Below, one piece after another: positions 43,130-64,000 of a DNA stretch of 64,000 nucleotides. Source of the DNA: the human T2T-CHM13v2.0 reference genome, Homo sapiens. The first letter of the stretch is position 1; each line of letters opens with the position of its first letter. The notes beneath the pieces are model-generated. The model ran no database searches, was not told the origin of the DNA, and was given only the letters and a program-made list of their open reading frames with translations. The stretch lies in the NCBI RefSeq assembly GCF_009914755.1, contig NC_060943.1, one strand, 5' to 3'. Made by a program: the position numbers and the translations under genes.

Positions 43130-43175
43130 TGTGGAGGAGGGACCAGGGTTCGGCTGCAGTCTGGGGAGGGAGTGA

Positions 43176-46460
<3,285 letters not shown>

Positions 46461-47399
46461 AAATTTTTAAAAGGCTGAATTGAGAGACAGGGACCTGGCT
46501 TTCACGATTCTGAGATTGCTAGAATCTTGACTCTAGAGTCTGAATTTAGAGTCTGGGAACCCAGGGTCTCTATTCTGGTCCTGTAGTCTTATTTCTGGGT
46601 TCTAGAGCTTGAAATCTGGATTCTGCATCCCAGAGGCTGGAGATGATCACTGAGATGACCCAAGGCTTTGGGTATTTGAGGCTGGCTTCCAATGTCTCAG
46701 AACCCCAGAGGGCCCCAAGCAATTATCTAGAGTCTATTTTGGCTTAATTAATGAGGAGGTCCCAAGACAGGAGGGACTGACCTCACTCAGGTCACCCAGT
46801 GAAGGATGGGACCTGTTGTAAGCGTGGTCTCTCCCCATGTGTGGAAAGTCATCATCTTTATGGGAAGGATTCAGCCATTCTAGAACTACAGGCCCCTGGA
46901 ATTTCTAGAATATCAGACTTTCAGATTCTAAAAGCACAGGCCCTAAGACATTCTGGCAGTGGAGGACACTCTGGAAGGTAAGATTTTAGAATAGCCTAGA
47001 ACCACAGAGCTCCAAACACTCTAGAACCTTCGAACATCGGGCACTCTGGAGTCCCCAGAAACCTCATGCATTCTAGAACGTCGGGTCTCCAGACATTCTA
47101 CAAGCCCAGACCGGCAGACATAATAGATCCCCAGGTTGGAAGCTATTCTAGAACTCCTATGTCCCTTTGCCTCCCTCCCCACAAATTGATGCTCAAAGTC
47201 TGCGGGCCTCACCCTGGGCCACCGCTTCAGCTGAGCAGCCCTGTTTATGGAATGCGGCTGCAGGCCACTCCTCCGTGCCAAGTGCTCTCTTTGTAGGATC
47301 TCACTCCGGCTCCCGGCAGCCCTGTGAGGTGTTTATATTAATAACCTTATGGCTTCCTGCTGAATACGGAGGAAACTGAGGCCCAGACAGGAGGCAGCA

Positions 47400-47920
47400 C
47401 AAGCAAGGTTCCTGCAGAAGCGAGAGGCCACGCGGGAGAGGAATCAGTGTTCCGACTCCGGAACGCCCGGTGGGCCCTTTCGCCGCCACCCCTGCAGCCG
47501 CCTCCCTCTGTTGGGGCGCGGTGGTGACGAGGGAAAGGAGCCGAGCCCCTGGGACTTCCTCGGTGCCAGGTCTGTGCTGAGCGCTTCCCGTCACGATCGC
47601 ACGTGCTCCTCCTCCTAACCAGCCTAGGCAGGTACTGATGAAGCACCCCTGATACAGACGGGGACACTGAGGGCGCTCCCGCCGCGCCGAACCCAGGCGC
47701 GCACCCGGTCTGCGCTCGGCTCCCTGGAGGGCGCGCAGCCAGCGGCTCCCGCAGCCCCGCCCCCACGCGGTGACGTCGGCGCCCCGTCCCCGCCCACTGT
47801 GTCTGGCTCAGGCTCGCGCGATCGATGTCCTCCTGGACGTGTCCGCGGACGTCCTTCACCTCCACCGCGGCCTGGGTCCCGCCCACCGCGGCCTGAGTCT
47901 CACTTTTGCCCGGCTCCTCC
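47400..47920. promoter_or_regulatory. CpG island upstream of KLK15
   Basis: Dense CpG, GC boxes (ccccgcccc), TGACGTC at ~47771. Confidence 0.7.
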
Positions 47921-49385
47921 TCCTGAGAACGTTCCCTGGGAGTTTTTCATCAACTCCCGTGGTTCATCCACCAACCACGCAGGTCTCCTCCATCTGACCC
48001 TGAACTCCGGCTTGGGCAGCCACCTGCTCCTGGGCGCCCCCTGCACCACTGTCCCTAGGCCCCTCTCACTTACCGAGTCCCAACTCATTGCTCTATTTCC
48101 CCAAACCCTCCTTCCCTGTTCTTCCACGTTCTTCATCTCAGGGGCAGCGTCACCGACCACCCAGTTATTCGGCCAGACGCCCTTGGCACTGACCTTGCCC
48201 CATCTCTCCCCTTATCCCCTACAGCCCATCGGTCCCCAGCCTTGTCCCTTCGGCCCCTGCCTCTCTCTGCCCCGTCCCCTCCTCTCTGTCCCCTTGGCCT
48301 GGCTCCAGCTCAGACGTCCTCCTCTCTCTCTGGACCCTCGCTCCTCCTGTCCGGGAGGACAGCCTCCTGTCGGTCACCACGTGGCCCTAGAGGGTCTCTC
48401 TGCACTTGGAGATCACCCCGCCCCTCCCCTGCTCACAGCCTTCCCTTGCAGCTCCCCATCACCCCTGGGCAAGGTCCCGGCTTCTCGGTCTGCAGTTTTA
48501 AGCCCTTTGAGATTCCCCAGCAGGAAAAAGCCTCCCCTCAAACCCCCTTCTCAGGGGGCCTGCAGACTGCCCACCTCCGGAGCGGGACTGGACTCGTGGT
48601 GCCCGAAGGGCCTCCCCATGAGGTGCTGGCCCTCTTCTAACTTAGTCTCACCACGGCCTCCGTTCCTTCTGGAACCAGACAAGCTGCTGTTTCAGGGCGC
48701 TGGGTCTGGATCCAGACAGCATGGGTGCAGATCTCTGTTCCACTACTTACTATTTTGGGAGACCCTGGTAAGAGTTTTTTCTTCTCTGTGTCTCAGTTTC
48801 TTATCCTTAAAATCAGAGGATCCCCTCGTAGAGTTTTTCGAGGAGTAACGACTTAGTTTGTGTTAGGAGCTCAGAGCATATAGTAAATTATGACGATTCA
48901 TTCATTTAACACATGAGCAGACGGGAGTGCGGGGGTCACTGGTGAAGGTCACCCAGGCTGCAGAAGTGGAATCAAGAGAATGGTTCTCGGGGTCCTGGTG
49001 CCCCTTGTGAGAAGCATCAGCTCTCTGGGTGTCAGGTGCTCATCTGCGAAGGGGTCTTCCGTTGCGGTGGGGTGGAAATGGGAGGGACCTCACAGGGGTT
49101 GGATGAGGTCATACCCATGGAGCAGGTGTGCGAATCATAAAATCAGGCTGAGGCTTGCAAGACCGGTTAACACGGCACGTGATTCAGATGTAGCCGCTGG
49201 AGCCAGGTGGCCCGGGTTTGAGTTCTGCCTCTGTCCCATAATACTGTGCACCCTCAGGCAAGTCACTTAGCCTCTCTGTGCCTCAGCTGCCTCAACTATA
49301 AAGTGGGGGTAATAATTGCTCCTCCCTCTTCTGTGGGAGTGTTTTGAGGTGTTCATTCTTGAAATCTGTGCCCGGCACTGAGTGA

Positions 49386-49763
<378 letters not shown>

Positions 49764-50164
49764 TGAACTCCTGACCTCAAGTGATCCACCTGCCTTGGCC
49801 TCCCAAAGTGTTAGGATTACAGGCGTGAGCCACCGCGCCCAGCCAGAAGCCACTGTTTTGATCTCCCAGATGTGGTATCTTTTTCTGAATCCCTGTGACC
49901 CCTTTATCAAGACCCCTGTTTTACAGATGGGGGAACTGAGGCCCAGGGAGAGGAAATGGAGGTGTGAGACCCTGGTATGAGAGTGTGACGTCAAGCAAAG
50001 AGAATGTCACACGCAGACGAGTTCTTCTCTGAGACTTTATTTCCTGGGCTGTGCTGGGGGAAGCTGGAGGGGAGGAGGCAGAAAAACCCACATCTTCTCT
50101 TCTTTTGTCCTGGGAGGGCCTTACCGATAGGTGGCATCAATTGTGCGTTTGTTCATAGCAGTTT

Positions 50165-51297
50165 TACTCCTGGGTCTGAGGGAGGAGGGGCTGGGGGCCT
50201 GGACTCCTGGGTCTGAGGAGGGAGAGGCTGGTGCCTGGACTCCTGGGTCTGAGAAAGGAGAGGCTGGGGGCCGGGACTCCTGGGACTGAGGGACGGGTGG
50301 CTGGTGTCCAGGACTCCTGGGTCTCAAGGAAGAAGGGCTGGGGGGTCTGAGGGAGGAGGGGGCTGGGGACTCAGACTCTTGGGTCCAAGGGAGGAGCGGC
50401 TGGGGTCTGGACTCCTGGGTCTGAGGGAGGTGGGACTGAGGGCCCGGACTCCTGGGTTTGAGGGAGAAAGGCCTGGGGGATCTGAGGGAGGAGGGGCTAG
50501 GGTCTGAACTCCTGAGTCTGAGGGAGGTGGGGCTGAGGGCCTGCACTCCTGGGTCTGAGAGAGGAGGGGCTGGGGGGTCTGAGGGAGGAGGAGGCTGGGG
50601 GGTTTGAGGGAGGTAGGGCTGGAGTCTGGACTCCTGGGTCTGAGGGAGGAGGGGCTGGGGGCCCGCACTCCTGGGTCTGAGGGAGCTGGGGCTGGGGAGG
50701 TCTGAGAGAGGTGGGGCTGGGGGGTTTAAGGGAGGTGGGGCTGGAGTCTGGACTCCTGGGTCTGAGGGAGGAGGAGGCTAGGGACCCGGACTCCTGGGTC
50801 GGTGGGAGGAGGGGCTGGGGCATCTTAGGGAGGTGGGGCTGGGGCCTGGACTCCTGGGTCCTGCACTCTGGGGCTGGGAGAGAAAGGCCTGCCCTGCCTG
50901 CGTCTCCCTCTCTGTGTTCCACCCCCACCCATAGACCTCTTCGCTAGAGTCCTGAGCCCCCAGCCCACTTTCCAGCTCCCTCCTCTTCCCTTTCTGGAAG
51001 CTTCCCTTCTGCGTTTGTTCATAGGAGGTTTGCTCTTGGGTCTGAGGGAGGAGGGGCTGGGGTCCTGAGCTCCTGGGTCTAAAGGAGGAGGGGCTGGGGA
51101 GTCTGAGGGAGGAGGGAGGTGGAGGCCCAGACTCCTGGGTCTGAGGGAGGAGAAGCTGGTGCCTGGACTCCTGGGTCTGAGAGAGGAGAGGCTGGGATCT
51201 GGGACTCCTGGGTCTGAGGGAGGAGGGGCTGGGGTCCTGGACTCCTGGGTCTGAAGGAGGAGGGGCTGGGGGGTCTGAGGGAGGAGGGAGCTGGGGA
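50165..51297. repeat. MSR1 minisatellite (36-38 bp, GGACTCCTGGGTCTGAGGGAGGAGGGGCTGGGGGCCT), two blocks
   Basis: Tandem units at 50165-50880 and 51037-51297. Both blocks start after a similar tgcgtttgttcatag flank. Isolated units also occur at ~16645-16810. Confidence 0.9.
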
Positions 51298-51405
51298 GAC
51301 GTGTGTCTTCTCCCTCCCGTGACTCCTGCTCACTTTCCCCATGTCTGTGTTTCTGCTCCCCTCTCCCCGTGATCCTGTCAGCTTCTTTTAGTTTTTATTT
51401 TTTAG

Positions 51406-51609
<204 letters not shown>

Positions 51610-51684
51610 TGAGATTGTAAAAAGTCATCATGGAACACCCCACCTCCCAGTGCAGGAAAGCTGGCTGTGGTATTGCCAAGAATG

Positions 51685-52625
51685 ATGTTTATTGCAGCAC
51701 TATTCCCAATAGCTAAGATTTAGAGACAACCTAAGTGTCCATCAACAAATGAATGGATACAGAAAATGTGGTACATATACACAGTGGAACACTATTCAGC
51801 CATCAGAAAGAATGAGAGCCTGTCATTTGCAACATGGATGGAACTGGAGGTTATGATGTTAAGTGCAATAAGTCAGGCACAGAAGATAAACTTCACAGGT
51901 TCTCATTTATTTTTGGGAGCTAAAAATTGAAACAATTAGCCGGGCACTCACACCTGTAATCCCAGCACTTTGGGAGGCTGAAGCAGGTGGATCACCTGAG
52001 GTAAGGAGTTCAAGACCAGCCTGGCCAACATGGTGAAACCCTGTCTCCACTAAAAATACAAGAATTAGCCAGGCGCAGTGGCGCGTGCCTGTATTCCCAG
52101 CTACTTGGAAGGCTGAGACACAGAAGTGCTTGAACCTGGGAGGAGGGGGTTGTGGTGAGCCAAGACCTCTCCAGTGCACTCCAGCGACCTGGGAGACAGA
52201 GCGAGACTCCATCTCCAGAAGCCTGGAGAAATAGGGACAAAAAACAAAAACAAAACCAACTGAGTTAATGGAGATAGACAGTAGAAGCATAGTTATCAGA
52301 GGCTGGGGAGGGTGAGGGTATGTGGGTAGTGGGGAAGTGCGGATGGTTAATGGGTACGAGGAAATAGAATAAGATCTAGTATTCGATAGCACAACAGGGT
52401 GACTGTGGTCAATAATAATTTAATTGTACATTTAAAAACAACAAAAAGAATATAATTAGATTGTTTGTAACACAAAGGGTGAATGCTTGAGGTAATGGAT
52501 ACCCCATTTACCCTCATGTGATTATTACACATTATATGCCTATATTAAAATATCTCATGTACCCCATAAATATATCCACCTGCTATGTACCCACAACAAT
52601 TACAAATTAGCAAAAAAAGAATAAT
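51685..52625 (+). mobile_element. Old L1 3' end (L1MA-like) interrupted by an Alu at ~51938-52255
   Basis: Typical L1 3' sequence (atgtttattgcagcacta, aacctaagtgtccatcaac, aaaatgtggtacatatacac) ending in an A-rich tail. Confidence 0.8.
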
Positions 52626-53388
52626 GTGGCTCTTGCCAGGTTTCAGCTCCACCCTTGCTGTGTGTGTGGCGCGTTGCGTCCCCAGGTCCCTCTCAGTGGT
52701 CCGTGGAGAGCATTACCACCTGTCACTGTCTACTATCTCAGGGCAGACCCTCTCTCCTCTCTCTTCCTCCATCTCTGCACCCCACAAATAAAGTGGCAAC
52801 CCCCCCGATGTGTGTCTTTGCAGAACCTGAATGTGATGAGATTGCCAGAAAATGCCAGTGTGCCCCTGGATGGGTGGAGGAGGGTGGGGCGGGTGGAGGG
52901 GACAACTTTGCCCCATTGGGGAACCACTGGGCTATACCTGTCACTGAAGCTTCCTTTCTCCCCTGCACCTGACTCCACACCTCAGGACGCAGGTCAGGAG
53001 GGCTGGGGGATGCTCTAGCCTTGGCCAGGTGGGCCTGGAGATGATTGTTCACTGCAGGAGCATTCACCTTTTTAGATGGGTGCTTCCTGTCTAGAGAAGG
53101 AGACACGGGGAGCTGGAAAGAGAAGCCTGCAGAAATAGGGACCGGGCAAAAACAAAGGAGGGTGGAGTCGGGGAGTGTAGAAGAGATAAAGTAAGGACTG
53201 GAGTGAGGAAGAGGCATCAAAAGAGGGAGGGAATGGTGAAGGCAGAAAACCGTGAGAAACGGGGAGTGAGAAGATAGCATGAGAAAGACAGGATCAAGTC
53301 AGGCGTGGTGGCTCACGCCGGTAATCCCAGCACTTTGGGAGGCTGAGGCGGGCGGATCATTTGAGGTCAGGAGTTTGAGACCAGCCTA

Positions 53389-53676
<288 letters not shown>

Positions 53677-53715
53677 TTATCCTGTAGGGAAGCATCGAGA
53701 GCATGAACTGAATGG

Positions 53716-54222
53716 TGTTAGGAGACAATTATCCATGGCTCTCTTACCTTTCTGCCTGTCTCCTGAAAAAGGTATTAGCCACTTTTGAGTTCCAGATTGT
53801 CTTTTTATGGATGTTTCTCTAGAGCATCAGAGCATGTTTGTTCACTGTCTTAGATAATAAAGATAATGTCCTTCCATAATGATTTATTTATTGGCTAGGA
53901 TAGTAAATACAACATGTCCTTCCGGGGCAGGTGGATCAGCAGTCCGACATAACAAAGATAATATCTCTCCGAGTTTCAAAGTCAAGCAGATTTCCTTGCA
54001 TCTCCCTTATAAGATTGAAGATTTGTAAATACATGTAAACAGAGGTTCCCCAGCATTGACGCAAACCACTGTGTGCGCAGCATCTGCCTGAGCCACTCTG
54101 ATCATCCCTGTAGGACCTGGGGGGCAAGGTGAGCCCATGTGAACATGAATCTCATGCTGCCGGCTGTGCCATGAGTAATAAAGTCCTTTGTCTCTGACCC
54201 GGAGTTGTTGTGTGTTCTGCCA
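53716..54222 (+). mobile_element. LTR40-like ERVL LTR, 3' end truncated at an L1
   Basis: Aligns with the reverse complement of the LTR at 62102-62702 at the 5' end (tgttaggagacaattatccatgg) and in the polyA region (aataaagtcctttgtctctgac). Confidence 0.75.
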
Positions 54223-56755
<2,533 letters not shown>

Positions 56756-56767
56756 ACATTAGCTTTT

Positions 56768-56775
56768 TGACTTTT

Positions 56776-56828
<53 letters not shown>

Positions 56829-56992
56829 TGTTTTTTTTAATTATACTTTAAGTTCTAGGGTACATGTGCACAACGTGCAGGTTTGTTACATATGTATACA
56901 TGTGCCATGTTGGTGTGCTGCACCCATTAACTCGTCATTTACATTAGTTATATCTCCTAATGCTATCCCTCCCCCCACTTGACTTTTCTTTT
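56768..56992 (-). mobile_element. Short 5'-truncated L1PA 3' end with (TA)n tail and TSD
   Basis: ttatactttaagttctagggtacatgtgcacaacgtgcagg; flanked by the direct repeat ttgacttttcttt. Confidence 0.9.
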
Positions 56993-57744
56993 TTATTAAT
57001 TGCCTGTTCATATGCTTTGTCCATTTTTTTAGGGGTTGCTCTCTTGTTCATGTCAGAAGTTTCTTGTGCCTTCTAAATGGTGATCTCTTTTTGGTTTTGA
57101 ACATTGTATAAGTCATCTTTTATAAATAGAAATTCTGAATTCTTATACAAGTTTCTGGATGACAGTGCCCTCTAAGCAAAAATTCTAAATTTTCCTATAA
57201 TGAAGTACATCCAAATTTTGGTCTATGATTTGTGCTTCTGAAGTTGTGTCAAGAAGCCTTTTCTTTGTGTTAGATAACAAAGGTTATCTCTCATATTTTC
57301 TAGCCTCTCTAACCCTCTCTGTTTGTCCATCTGTTTCTGTATCTCATCCCATCTATATAGCTATTCATTAATTTCTCATTTAACTGATATTTGCTAGTTG
57401 TCACAACTGTGACTTGATGAAGATAACATAAACTCATAATAATATCCCTCAATAAGAAAAGGAACGATAAACTAGTGTCATTAGCTTATAAACCGTGTTA
57501 GATTAATTGGTGGATCAGAACACTTGAAATGTCCTGAAATCTTTCAGCTGACATTTGAAAGAAACTTACTATTATTTCTCCCCAAATTGGGCAAGAATCC
57601 TAGACAAATCATATGAAATTTAAATAAATAAAAGCTTTGAAGCTGAAAGAAATGTTTCTAAAGGATTAATAATGAAAAACAGATTTTGATCAAATATGAT
57701 AAAAATGAAATTATTTTTCTTCCCCTAGAAAATGAGATTACAGG

Positions 57745-59910
<2,166 letters not shown>

Positions 59911-60629
59911 CCCAGCCCAATAATTCTTAAGAGTGTAAACATGTCCTGAGATGGCAAATGTTTGAGAACCACCGTTCTAGACATTTTCCTGAATTCTAGA
60001 GTGTGGGAGTGTAGAACCTGGAGCTTGGCTTCTGGAGCCTAGATTCTGGAATTTGGAGCTGGGATCTGAGGCTTGGCTGCAGCAGTGTGGGGCTGGCTTC
60101 CGGAACACAGATCTGACATGCTCATCTGCTGCGTGGGGTTTACTATCTGCCTTGAATCCTAAAGTCTGCCCCTGAGGAGTCTGGAATCTGGAATCTATTA
60201 TCTTTAGTTGAACACCTGCAGTCTGCGTTCTGCTTTGCAGAGCTGGATTCTTTACCCGTGATCCGTTCTGGCATTTCAACTTCACACAGAATAGGCCACT
60301 TCATGGTACTGTTTTCAACCAATCAAGCAAATTAATCGTTAGAGCCCTTTCTAATTCCTCTAGTTGCAATGTTAAACCCAATATTTCTGTGTAGTGGGTC
60401 CATATTAATAAATTCAGCCTGATCTAACCTTATATTCCTTCCACCATTATTCCATACCAACCCTTAATATGCATTCCCACATATATTTCCTGGATTTCTG
60501 TCTATATAATGGGCAATCCCGGCTTTGCCAGTTTCTAGTGACCTAACATCTCTGTGACTCATGTTATTGTACTTTAAAGTGGAAATAATAACAGTTCCTG
60601 TACAGTTTAGGGCTTCCCAAGATGACCCT

Positions 60630-61400
<771 letters not shown>

Positions 61401-62101
61401 AAACTGGCAGGATATTCCAAAGCATTAGAGATGACCTCTTGCAAAGAAAAAGAAATGGAAAAGAAAAAGAAAGAAAGGAAAAAAAAAAAAAAAAAGAGAT
61501 GACCTCTCAGGCTCTGAGGGGAAACGCCTGAGGTCTTTGAGCAAGGTCAGTCCTCTGTTGCACAGTCTCCCTCACAGGGTCATTGTGACGATCAAATGTG
61601 GTCACGTGTATGAGGCACCAGCACATGCCTGGCTCTGGGGAGTGCCGTGTAAGTGTATGCTTGCACTGCTGAATGGCTGGGATGTGTCAGGGATTATCTT
61701 CAGCACTTACAGATGCTCATCTCATCCTCACAGCATCACTATGGGATGGGTATTACTGGCCTCATTTGATGGAGAAACTGGCTGTGGCTCAGAAAGGGGG
61801 GACCACTAGACCAGGGACACTCTGGATGCTGGGGACTCCAGAGACCATGACCACTCACCAACTGCAGAGAAATTAATTGTGGCCTGATGTCCCTGTCCTG
61901 GAGAGGGTGGAGGTGGACCTTCACTAACCTCCTACCTTGACCCTCTCTTTTAGGGCTCTTTCTGACCTCCACCATGATACTAGGACCCCATTGTATTCTG
62001 TACCCTCTTGACTCTATGACCCCCACTGCCCACTGCATCCAGCTGGGTCCCCTCCTATCTCTATTCCCAGCTGGCCAGTGCAGTCTCAGTGCCCACCTGT
62101 T

Positions 62102-62702
62102 TGTCAGTAACTCTGAAGGGGCTGACATTTTACTGACTTGCAAACAAATAAGCTAACTTTCCAGAGTTTTGTGAATGCTGGCAGAGTCCATGAGACTCCT
62201 GAGTCAGAGGCAAAGGCTTTTACTGCTCACAGCTTAGCAGACAGCATGAGGTTCATGTTCACATTAGTACACCTTGCCCCCCCCAAATCTTGTAGGGTGA
62301 CCAGAGCAGTCTAGGTGGATGCTGTGCACACGGGGTTTGTGCCACTGGTGAGAAACCTGAGATTAGGAATCCTCAATCTTATACTGGGACAACTTGCAAA
62401 CCTGCTCAGCCTTTGTCTCTGATGAAGATATTATCTTCATGATCTTGGATTGAAAACAGACCTACTCTGGAGGAACATATTGTATCGATTGTCCTTGACA
62501 GTAAACAAATCTGTTGTAAGAGACATTATCTTTATTATCTAGGACAGTAAGCAAGCCTGGATCTGAGAGAGATATCATCTTGCAAGGATGCCTGCTTTAC
62601 AAACATCCTTGAAACAACAATCCAGAAAAAAAAAGGTGTTGCTGTCTTTGCTCAGAAGACACACAGATACGTGACAGAACCATGGAGAATTGCCTCCCAA
62701 CA
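62102..62702 (-). mobile_element. Solo LTR40a carrying the PSA enhancer core
   Basis: TG...CA ends, 601 bp, 5-bp TSD CTGTT (62097-62101 and 62703-62707). The family name is from recall. Confidence 0.8.
62380..62620. promoter_or_regulatory. KLK3 (PSA) distal androgen-responsive enhancer containing ARE III
   Basis: GGAACAtatTGTATC at 62472-62486, FOXA site GTAAACA at 62501-62507, and several GATA sites (agata/ttatct). Confidence 0.93.
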
Positions 62703-62824
62703 CTGTTCAGCCAGAGCCTTCCACCCTTGTCTGCAGGACAGTCTCAACGTTCCACCATTAAATACTTCTTCTGTCACATCCTGCTTATTTATGCCTAACC
62801 AAGGTTCTAGGTCCCGATCGACTG

Positions 62825-63835
62825 TGTCTGGCAGCACTCCACTGCCAAACCCAGAATAAGGCAGCGCTCAGGATCCCGAAGGGGCATGGCTGGGGATCAG
62901 AACTTCTGGGTTTGAGTGAGGAGTGGGTCCACCCTCTTGAATTTCAAAGGAGGAAGAGGCTGGATGTGAAGGAACTGGGGGAGGGAAAGTGTCAGTTCCG
63001 AACTCTTAGGTCAATGAGGGAGGAGACTGGTAAGGTCCCAGCTCCCGAGGTACTGATGTGGGAATGGCCTAAGAATCTCATATCCTCAGGAAGAAGGTGC
63101 TGGAATCCTGAGGGGTAGAGTTCTGGGTATATTTGTGGCTTAAGGCTCTTTGGCCCCTGAAGGGCAGAGGCTGGAACCATTAGGTCCAGGGTTTGGGGTG
63201 ATAGTAATGGGATCTCTTGATTCCTCAAGAGTCTGAGGATCGAGGGTTGCCCATTCTTCCATCTTGCCACCTAATCCTTACTCCACTTGAGGGTATCACC
63301 AGCCCTTCTAGCTCCATGAAGGTGCCCCTGGGCAAGCACAATCTGAGCATGAAAGATGCCCCAGAGGCCTTGGGTGTCATCCACTCATCATCCAGCATCC
63401 ACACTCTGAGGGTGTGGCCAGCACCATGACGTCATGTTGCTGTGACTATCCCTGCAGCGTGCCTCTCCAGCCACCTGCCAACCGTAGAGCTGCCGACATC
63501 CTCCTCTGGTGGGAGTGGCCTGCATGGTGCCAGGCTGAGGCCTAGTGTCAGACAGGGAGCCTGGAATCATAGGGATCCAGGACTCAAAAGTGCTAGAGAA
63601 TGGCCATATGTCACCATCCATGAAATCTCAAGGGCTTCTGGGTGGAGGGCACAGGGACCTGAACTTATGGGTTTTCCCCAAGTCTATTGCTCTCCCAAGT
63701 GAGTCTCCCAGATACGAGGCACTGTGCCAGCATCAGCCTTATCTCCACCACATCTTGTAAAAGGGACTACCCAGGGCCCTGATGAACACCATGGTGTGTA
63801 CAGGAGTAGGGGGTGGAGGCACGGACTCCTGTGAG
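62825..63835 (+). pseudogene. Inverted KLK15 pseudogene fragment (3' end of exon 2, exon 3, exon 4)
   Basis: AALHCQT at ~62831-62851; exon 3 homolog 63312-63589 (MKVPLGKHNL..HDVMLL*); exon 4 homolog 63700-63835 (SLPDTRHCASISLIS..NTMVC..GTDSCE). The introns also align to KLK15. Contains stops and frameshifts. Confidence 0.9.
63427..63434. promoter_or_regulatory. Perfect CRE palindrome TGACGTCA (PSA upstream CRE, about -3.2 kb)
   Basis: Exact consensus, about 0.95 kb downstream of ARE III. Confidence 0.75.
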
Positions 63836-64000
63836 GTCACAGCCAAGGGAGCATCATCATGGGTGGGGAGGAGGCAATGGACAGGCTTGAGAACGGGGAT
63901 GTGGTTGTATTTGGTTTTCTTTGGTTAGATAAAGTGCTGGGTATAGGATTGAGAGTGGAGTATGAAGACCAGTTAGGATGGAGGATCAGATTGGAGTTGG

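Noticed and set aside
47799-48848. 349-aa plus-strand ORF
   Set aside because: Non-ATG start, Pro/Ser/Leu-rich composition from C-rich DNA next to a CpG island, and no recognisable domain; likely a chance ORF.
50121-51342. Pro/Ser-rich ORFs (PSSLRPRSP)
   Set aside because: Translations of the MSR1 minisatellite.
61830-61890. Possible 5' half of the pseudo-KLK15 exon 2 (attaattgtggc vs tttaactgtggc)
   Set aside because: The match is too short to support without a computed alignment.

Overview
Human genomic DNA, recognised as chr19q13.33 at the start of the kallikrein cluster. In order, the window holds: ACP4/ACPT (+, 11 exons, 426 aa); the snoRNA host C19orf48 (-) with SNORD88B, SNORD88A and SNORD88C; a pair of divergently oriented decayed tetraspan genes (TMEM202/claudin-like); KLK1 (-, 262 aa); KLK15 (-, 256 aa); an MSR1 minisatellite; and the KLK3 (PSA) upstream enhancer. 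KLK3 itself lies beyond the window end. Main hunt results: (1) two TMEM202/claudin-like pseudogenes share a 147 / ~132 / terminal exon plan, and one may still yield a 68-aa spliced microprotein; (2) an inverted fossil copy of KLK15 sits under the PSA regulatory region, where the perfect CRE lies on the old catalytic-Asp motif and the S1 residue is Asp rather than Glu; (3) a second LTR homologous to the PSA enhancer retains an ARE-like site; (4) C19orf48 has junction-spanning uORFs, a 13-aa strong-Kozak peptide and a 48-aa ORF ending in CIPPDSLLFPA. All alignments were done by eye, and gene and repeat names come from recall rather than database searches.
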